Of a DNA stretch of 32,000 bases, positions 27,806-32,000 are shown piece after piece. The notes below the pieces were generated by a model. The model was not told the origin of the DNA. It ran no database searches and saw only the letters and a list, made by a program, of their open reading frames with translations. The stretch is from positions 180,001-212,000 of the forward strand of contig NC_008312.1 of the NCBI RefSeq assembly GCF_000014265.1. The letters run 5' to 3'. The stretch comes from Trichodesmium erythraeum IMS101. Lineage in GTDB: Bacteria > Cyanobacteriota > Cyanobacteriia > Cyanobacteriales > Microcoleaceae. Each line of letters opens with the position of its first letter. The stretch's first letter is position 1. The translations under genes and the position numbers were made by a program.

Positions 27806-28861
27806 ATGACTGTATCAATTAAAGAATCTGCTCAGGTCAATTCTAATGGTCAAAAGCACCAACTACAGCTAAAAGATATTGTAAAAACTTTGCCGCGAGA
27901 AGTTTTCATCAAAGATCGATGGAAAACATGGGCAATGGTGACAACCAATATATTCATGGTAATTTTAGGTTATTGGGGACTAATAATTGCACCTTGGTTT
28001 TTATTGCCCCTACTCTGGGTTTTCACTGGCACTGCATTAACAGGGTTTTTTGTTATTGGCCATGACTGCGGTCATCGCTCTTTTGCTAACCGTAGGTGGG
28101 TAAATGATTTAGTTGGTCATTTGGTGTTTTTACCCTTAATTTATCCCTTTCATGGTTGGCGAATAGGCCATAATCATCACCACAAACATACTAATAAGAT
28201 GGGTGAGGACAATGCTTGGCAACCTTGGTATCCAGAAGATTATGAGGTTGCTGGTAGTTCGATGCAGTTAGTGTATAGGGTTATGCGTGGTAGACTCTGG
28301 TGGTTAGCTTCTATTGCTCACTGGGCAGTTGTGCATTTTGATTGGAGAAAATTTGAGAAAAATAATAAGGAAGATGTAAAGTTTTCTGCATTGGTAGTTT
28401 TTGGGTTTAGTGCGATCGCATTTCCTTTGTTAATAGCTACAGTTGGTATGTGGGGTTTACTCAAGTTTTGGTTCATGCCTTGGTTAGTTTACCATTTCTG
28501 GATGAGTACATTTACTATTGTTCACCATACAGTACCAGAAATTCCCTTTACTCCTGTCCCAGAGTGGAATGAAGCAGAGGCTCAATTATTTGGTACAGTA
28601 CATTGTGATTATCCCCGTTGGGTAGAATTTCTATGTCATGATATTAATGTACATATTCCCCATCATATCTCAACAGGAATTCCTTCATATAATCTTAGGC
28701 AAGCACATCAATTTTTGAAGGATAAATGGGGAGATAAACTTTATGAAACTCATTTTTCTTGGTCTTTAATGAAAAAAATAACAGATCAGTGTCATTTGTA
28801 TAATCAGACTAAGTTCTATCTCAGTTTTAAAGAATATGATGCTCAGAAAGTTTCCCAGTAA
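27806..28861 (+). CDS. desA: membrane acyl-lipid fatty acid desaturase (Delta12 DesA-like; an omega-3 type cannot be excluded)
   Basis: 351-aa ORF with three histidine boxes (HDCGH, HNHHH, HIPHH) and TM segments typical of cyanobacterial DesA/DesB. It contains a HIP1 site. Confidence 0.8.
   Translation: MTVSIKESAQVNSNGQKHQLQLKDIVKTLPREVFIKDRWKTWAMVTTNIFMVILGYWGLIIAPWFLLPLLWVFTGTALTGFFVIGHDCGHRSFANRRWVNDLVGHLVFLPLIYPFHGWRIGHNHHHKHTNKMGEDNAWQPWYPEDYEVAGSSMQLVYRVMRGRLWWLASIAHWAVVHFDWRKFEKNNKEDVKFSALVVFGFSAIAFPLLIATVGMWGLLKFWFMPWLVYHFWMSTFTIVHHTVPEIPFTPVPEWNEAEAQLFGTVHCDYPRWVEFLCHDINVHIPHHISTGIPSYNLRQAHQFLKDKWGDKLYETHFSWSLMKKITDQCHLYNQTKFYLSFKEYDAQKVSQ
28412..28419. repeat. HIP1 octamer GCGATCGC
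   Basis: Exact match, inside the desaturase gene. Confidence 0.95.
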
Positions 28862-28949
28862 TTTGAACTACACTCAGCTATCAGCTTCTAAAATTGTATA
28901 ACCGGGTTTGAATCTTAAATGTAGCAGTGGTATTATCTCATTATGGAGA

Positions 28950-29100
28950 AATTAATCAAACAATTATAGGGTAGTCTATACCTTAACTTACGCTTGTGAA
29001 CTGGACGAGGTCGGCCTCCAGTGGTTGAAGCAAGAAGCAAATATCTTTGACCACGCATTACCTACTTTTGCCTAGTGAGTGACGGAATTGTATAGGTATT
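28950..29100 (-). pseudogene. fragment of an IS5/IS4-superfamily transposase N-terminus (DUF4096-like)
   Basis: Minus-strand translation gives ..MRGQRYLLLASTTGGRPRPVHKRKL.. (coded by 28984..29058). This resembles the ..LLP....GGRPR...R.. motif at the start of IS5-family transposases. GC is locally elevated, and only a short piece survives. Confidence 0.35.
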
Positions 29101-29368
29101 GTACAGCAGAAAATACAAGTTTGCAGGCCTGAGAGATTATTGAGCTCGGTTATATCACAAGAAACTGTCCTATTCCCTCGAAAATAGAGAGACTCAAACG
29201 TTCTGTACAACTATTAATTCACTATCTGAAGTTTTGGGATGTGCCTATTGATAAAGATTCATCCCGTTCTTTCAGCCACACCTAAACTTTTATATAATCT
29301 GGCATTTTGACCTGATTTTTTTTTGTGGAATAATACCCAAAAATACAATCAAACAAATTTCGTATATT

Positions 29369-29380
29369 ATTGACATCAAT
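29369..29380. promoter_or_regulatory. palindrome ATTGA-CA-TCAAT overlapping a perfect TTGACA -35-like hexamer (29370..29375)
   Basis: Read directly from the sequence, 60 nt upstream of the parA-fusion ATG. Possible operator or centromere-like half of a pair. Confidence 0.35.
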
Positions 29381-29404
29381 TAACCCATTCTATCAAATTA
29401 GATG

Positions 29405-29415
29405 ATTGAATCAAT
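29405..29415. promoter_or_regulatory. palindrome ATTGA-A-TCAAT
   Basis: Second copy of the same half-sites, 36 nt downstream of the first and 25 nt upstream of the ATG at 29440. Confidence 0.35.
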
Positions 29416-29439
29416 GAAAAAATGACAAGTTAAGAAATA

Positions 29440-30882
29440 ATGAGCTTCAGTTTTAATCCAGATTTATGTCGCAATGAAAGCGAAGTAGAAAGCAAACTAA
29501 TTGTTAGTTATCTACTGCCGAAATTAGGATACAGTCTCGAACATTGGCATCAAGAAGTGACCTTAGGTAATATCCGTTTAGACTTTTTATCATTTGCTGC
29601 TCAGGAATTACCTTTCTCTTTGAATGGAGACTATCCTTTAGCTTTAGTAATGGAGGCAAAACACCCAAAAAAAAATTTAGACCGCCATCAACGACAAATT
29701 AGGCGATATTTAACAAGTTTGAATGTAAAATATGGCTTGTTAACTAATGCTAAAGAAATTAGGATTTATAAGAGAGAAAAAAATGACATTAAGTTAGTAT
29801 TTAAGTGTTGGGGAAGTGAAGTCGATTACAAAATAGAAGAAATTAAAGCATTAGTAGGTCGAGATTATTTGGGTAAAAATGTGAGTTCTGAGCAACCGGA
29901 AATTCGTCTAGAAGAAGCAGGGTTAAGTCACGCAAACACTACTCAATATAAGACAGAAAAAAATCTTATCAACACCCCTGAAAATAAGGTAAATGAAATG
30001 AATAAAAATAGTATTAATTCGATGAAAGTAATCGCTGTTTATCATAATAAAGGTGGAGTTGGAAAAACGACAACAGTAGTTAATTTAGCTGCTGCATTGA
30101 GTAAAAAAGGTTATCGAGTTTTGGTTATAGACTTAGATAGTCAGGCGAATACAACTTTTGCAACCGGTCTAATTAAATTTAGTGATGAGCAATTTGATGA
30201 TATAAAAGACTCCTATATTTATCATGTTTTGAGGTATGATGAATATTCTAGTATTTCGGAAGTATCTAGAGTTTCTAGGTTTAATGATCCAGAAATTGAT
30301 GTAGTTCCTTCTCATATAAATTTAATGGATGTTGAAGGTGAGTTGAACGGTCTAAGAAGTACTCAAACTGCACTAATAAAAAAATTAAAACTCGTAGAAG
30401 AAAAATATGATGTTGTTCTAATAGATACCCCACCTTCTTTGAATTTATATGCCTTTGTTCCTTTAGTCAGTGCTAACTATTTAATTATTCCTTCAGACTT
30501 AAAACCATTTGCTAATCAAGGTTTATTTAATGTTAAAAATTATCTTCAGCGGGATGTTAACCCCTTTCGGCAAATGATGAATAAACCAGATATAGAAATA
30601 TTAGGTGTACTGCCTTGTAAAATTAACCCTAATCATAGATTTGTACAACATACATTACCAAAACAGATTCAAGCAGTTTCTAAGCGTTACGATCTTAATA
30701 TTATGGAAACGGTTATATTTCAAAGAGAAGAACTTGCTAGGTGTGTTGATAAAACTCGTGAAGTTGGAAATTTGTTGATACCTGAACCTAGCTCTATATT
30801 TGACTATGCACTAGATTCTTCTTCTTCCCAAGAGTTTGAGTCATTAGCAAAAGAAGTATTAAACAAAATTGGACTACAATAA
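29440..30882 (+). CDS. fusion protein: N-terminal HsdR-N-like PD-(D/E)xK domain plus C-terminal ParA/Soj-family deviant Walker A ATPase
   Basis: 480-aa ORF. Residues 10 to 115 (NESEVESKLIVSYLLPKLGY...IRLDFLSF...LALVMEAKHPKKNLDRHQRQIRRYL...YGLLTNAKEIRIY) follow the type I restriction enzyme R-subunit N-terminal domain pattern, with D...ExK preserved. Residues 196 to 480 carry ParA motifs: VYHNKGGVGKTTT, LVIDLDSQAN and VVLIDTPPSL. Confidence 0.85.
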   Translation: MSFSFNPDLCRNESEVESKLIVSYLLPKLGYSLEHWHQEVTLGNIRLDFLSFAAQELPFSLNGDYPLALVMEAKHPKKNLDRHQRQIRRYLTSLNVKYGLLTNAKEIRIYKREKNDIKLVFKCWGSEVDYKIEEIKALVGRDYLGKNVSSEQPEIRLEEAGLSHANTTQYKTEKNLINTPENKVNEMNKNSINSMKVIAVYHNKGGVGKTTTVVNLAAALSKKGYRVLVIDLDSQANTTFATGLIKFSDEQFDDIKDSYIYHVLRYDEYSSISEVSRVSRFNDPEIDVVPSHINLMDVEGELNGLRSTQTALIKKLKLVEEKYDVVLIDTPPSLNLYAFVPLVSANYLIIPSDLKPFANQGLFNVKNYLQRDVNPFRQMMNKPDIEILGVLPCKINPNHRFVQHTLPKQIQAVSKRYDLNIMETVIFQREELARCVDKTREVGNLLIPEPSSIFDYALDSSSSQEFESLAKEVLNKIGLQ

Positions 30883-31856
30883 TGTTATTATCTCCAGAAT
30901 TTTTACTTGTAAAAGAAATTACTTCTAATGTATCTCGTTCCGAGTTTTCAGAGTCAGATTTAGAACAAGTTGCTCGGTTAATTTTAAAAGCTGAAGGTAC
31001 AATTAAACCTCTAGTTGTACGTACTATTGGTTGGGAATCTTACGAAGTAGTTAACGGACATTTTGAGTATTATGCTGCACTTAGAGCAAAAGAAATAAAT
31101 CCTCGTGATGGGGAAAGAATAGGAGCATTTATTATTGAAGGTCATAAAGCAGATGTGTTAGAAGAACAGGTGAAAATGCTCAGGAATATTTATCCTATAT
31201 CTGAGGACTTTATGAAAATTCCTAGAAATATTTCTCCTGTATCTGAAGCTCCTACAATTCAAGAAGAAGGTAGAATCAATTTAAGTAATTTAGATAAGCT
31301 GCTAGATCAAAAATTGCAATTAATAACAACAAAGTTAGATCGATTAAATGCATCATCTCCTATTGATTATCAATCTCAAGAAAATAAGATCATAGAGCAA
31401 AAACTGGAGAATATTGAAAGTAAAGTTAACCAGTTATTACCAAAAACAAATATCACAGAAATTGAGGAAATTCTGAATAATAAACTAGAAATTATACGTC
31501 AAAAAATTAGTAATCTATCTAAGCAGGAAGCTTTAGATATATTAGCAAAAAATAAAACAGCTTTAAATCGATATTTAGAAGCTATTGATCGTGAATCTAA
31601 TCAACTACAAAGAGTTAATTTGTTAACAGTAGAAACAGAAGAGGAAATCCAACAAGCTTTCCAGCGTAACAATATAAGAGGAGGAAATGAGGCATGGAAA
31701 GCAATTGAATATTGGCGAAAACCAGGTAAAAAGCTGACATGGGAAAATTTAGAAAAATCAGCAAAGACAGCAAGAAAAGGTCATCAAGATAAAATACAAG
31801 GATTTGCAAAAGGTACTTACAACAATTTAAAAAAGATTGGCTATATACCTGATTAA
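30882..31856 (+). CDS. ParB-N-terminal-domain-like protein with a long coiled coil and a degenerate arginine patch
   Basis: 324-aa ORF whose start overlaps the upstream stop (TAATG). The N-terminal part, LVKEITSNVSRSEFSESDLEQVARLILKAEGTIKPLVVRTIGWESYEVVNGHFEYYAALRAKEIN, follows the ParB/Srx layout, but GERRxRA is replaced by NGHFEYYAA. The central region is coiled coil and the C-terminal region is basic. Confidence 0.7.
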   Translation: MLLSPEFLLVKEITSNVSRSEFSESDLEQVARLILKAEGTIKPLVVRTIGWESYEVVNGHFEYYAALRAKEINPRDGERIGAFIIEGHKADVLEEQVKMLRNIYPISEDFMKIPRNISPVSEAPTIQEEGRINLSNLDKLLDQKLQLITTKLDRLNASSPIDYQSQENKIIEQKLENIESKVNQLLPKTNITEIEEILNNKLEIIRQKISNLSKQEALDILAKNKTALNRYLEAIDRESNQLQRVNLLTVETEEEIQQAFQRNNIRGGNEAWKAIEYWRKPGKKLTWENLEKSAKTARKGHQDKIQGFAKGTYNNLKKIGYIPD

Positions 31857-32000
31857 TTGTGAAAAAATAATTACTAATTAATAAATAATCAGCTTTTCTT
31901 TTTTTTTACTTTTGGTAAAAAAAGAATGCTTAACTTGGGTGAAACTTCAATTATTAAGTAATTAAAATATGCTTAATAGCTTTTTTGATAACTATAGCAA

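Noticed and set aside
31615-31809. 64-aa minus-strand ORF
   Set aside because: Antisense to the ParB-like gene.
1-32000. CRISPR arrays, tRNA or rRNA genes
   Set aside because: I scanned the spacers by eye for regularly spaced direct repeats and for GC-rich cloverleaf-like segments and found none. A tRNAscan or Infernal run would be needed to exclude small RNAs formally.

Overview
AT-rich chromosomal segment (roughly 30% GC by eye), most likely from a cyanobacterium. Six exact HIP1 octamers (GCGATCGC) and the gene content (urtABCDE, cobN, thrC, a desA-like desaturase) support this. By my tally only about 60% of the window is intact coding sequence, and the long spacers hold dispersed repeats and gene relics. 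That pattern resembles Trichodesmium-like or symbiont-like filamentous cyanobacteria, but this is inference, not a database result.

Layout, left to right:
1. A complete minus-strand urea ABC transporter cluster, urtA-B-C-D-E (7761 down to 459). Its intercistronic spacers are unusually long (1082, about 644 and 442 nt). They carry a repeat family, a long inverted repeat, a perfect 13-bp hairpin and a relic of an IS605-type tnpB 3' end.
2. A frameshifted Uma2/DUF820 endonuclease pseudogene.
3. cobN (1363 aa).
4. A GHL10/DUF187 lipoprotein gene whose 5' region is duplicated upstream.
5. A tightly packed plus-strand three-gene defence-like operon. It encodes a DUF262 ParB-like NTPase, an AAA/DUF3696 ATPase and a 312-aa unknown protein with a RelE/Gp49-like C-terminus. 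The ATPase carries two in-frame stop codons and a damaged Walker A motif.
6. A yihY/brkB-family membrane protein gene and a coiled-coil ORF.
7. A heavily decayed IS630-family element.
8. thrC.
9. A small ORF followed by an intrinsic terminator, then the desA-like desaturase.
10. An IS5-like fragment.
11. At the right edge, a translationally coupled pair. The first protein is a ParA/Soj ATPase fused to an N-terminal HsdR-N-like PD-(D/E)xK domain. The second is a ParB-N-like coiled-coil protein lacking the GERRxRA arginine patch. Two ATTGA-N-TCAAT palindromes sit just upstream.

This last pair is my best candidate for an undescribed system. The DUF262/ATPase/unknown operon is second and may correspond to the Menshen-type architecture; that is my recollection and needs an HMM check. 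I recognised no rRNA, tRNA or CRISPR array. All domain calls rest on motifs read by eye from the translations. No searches were run.
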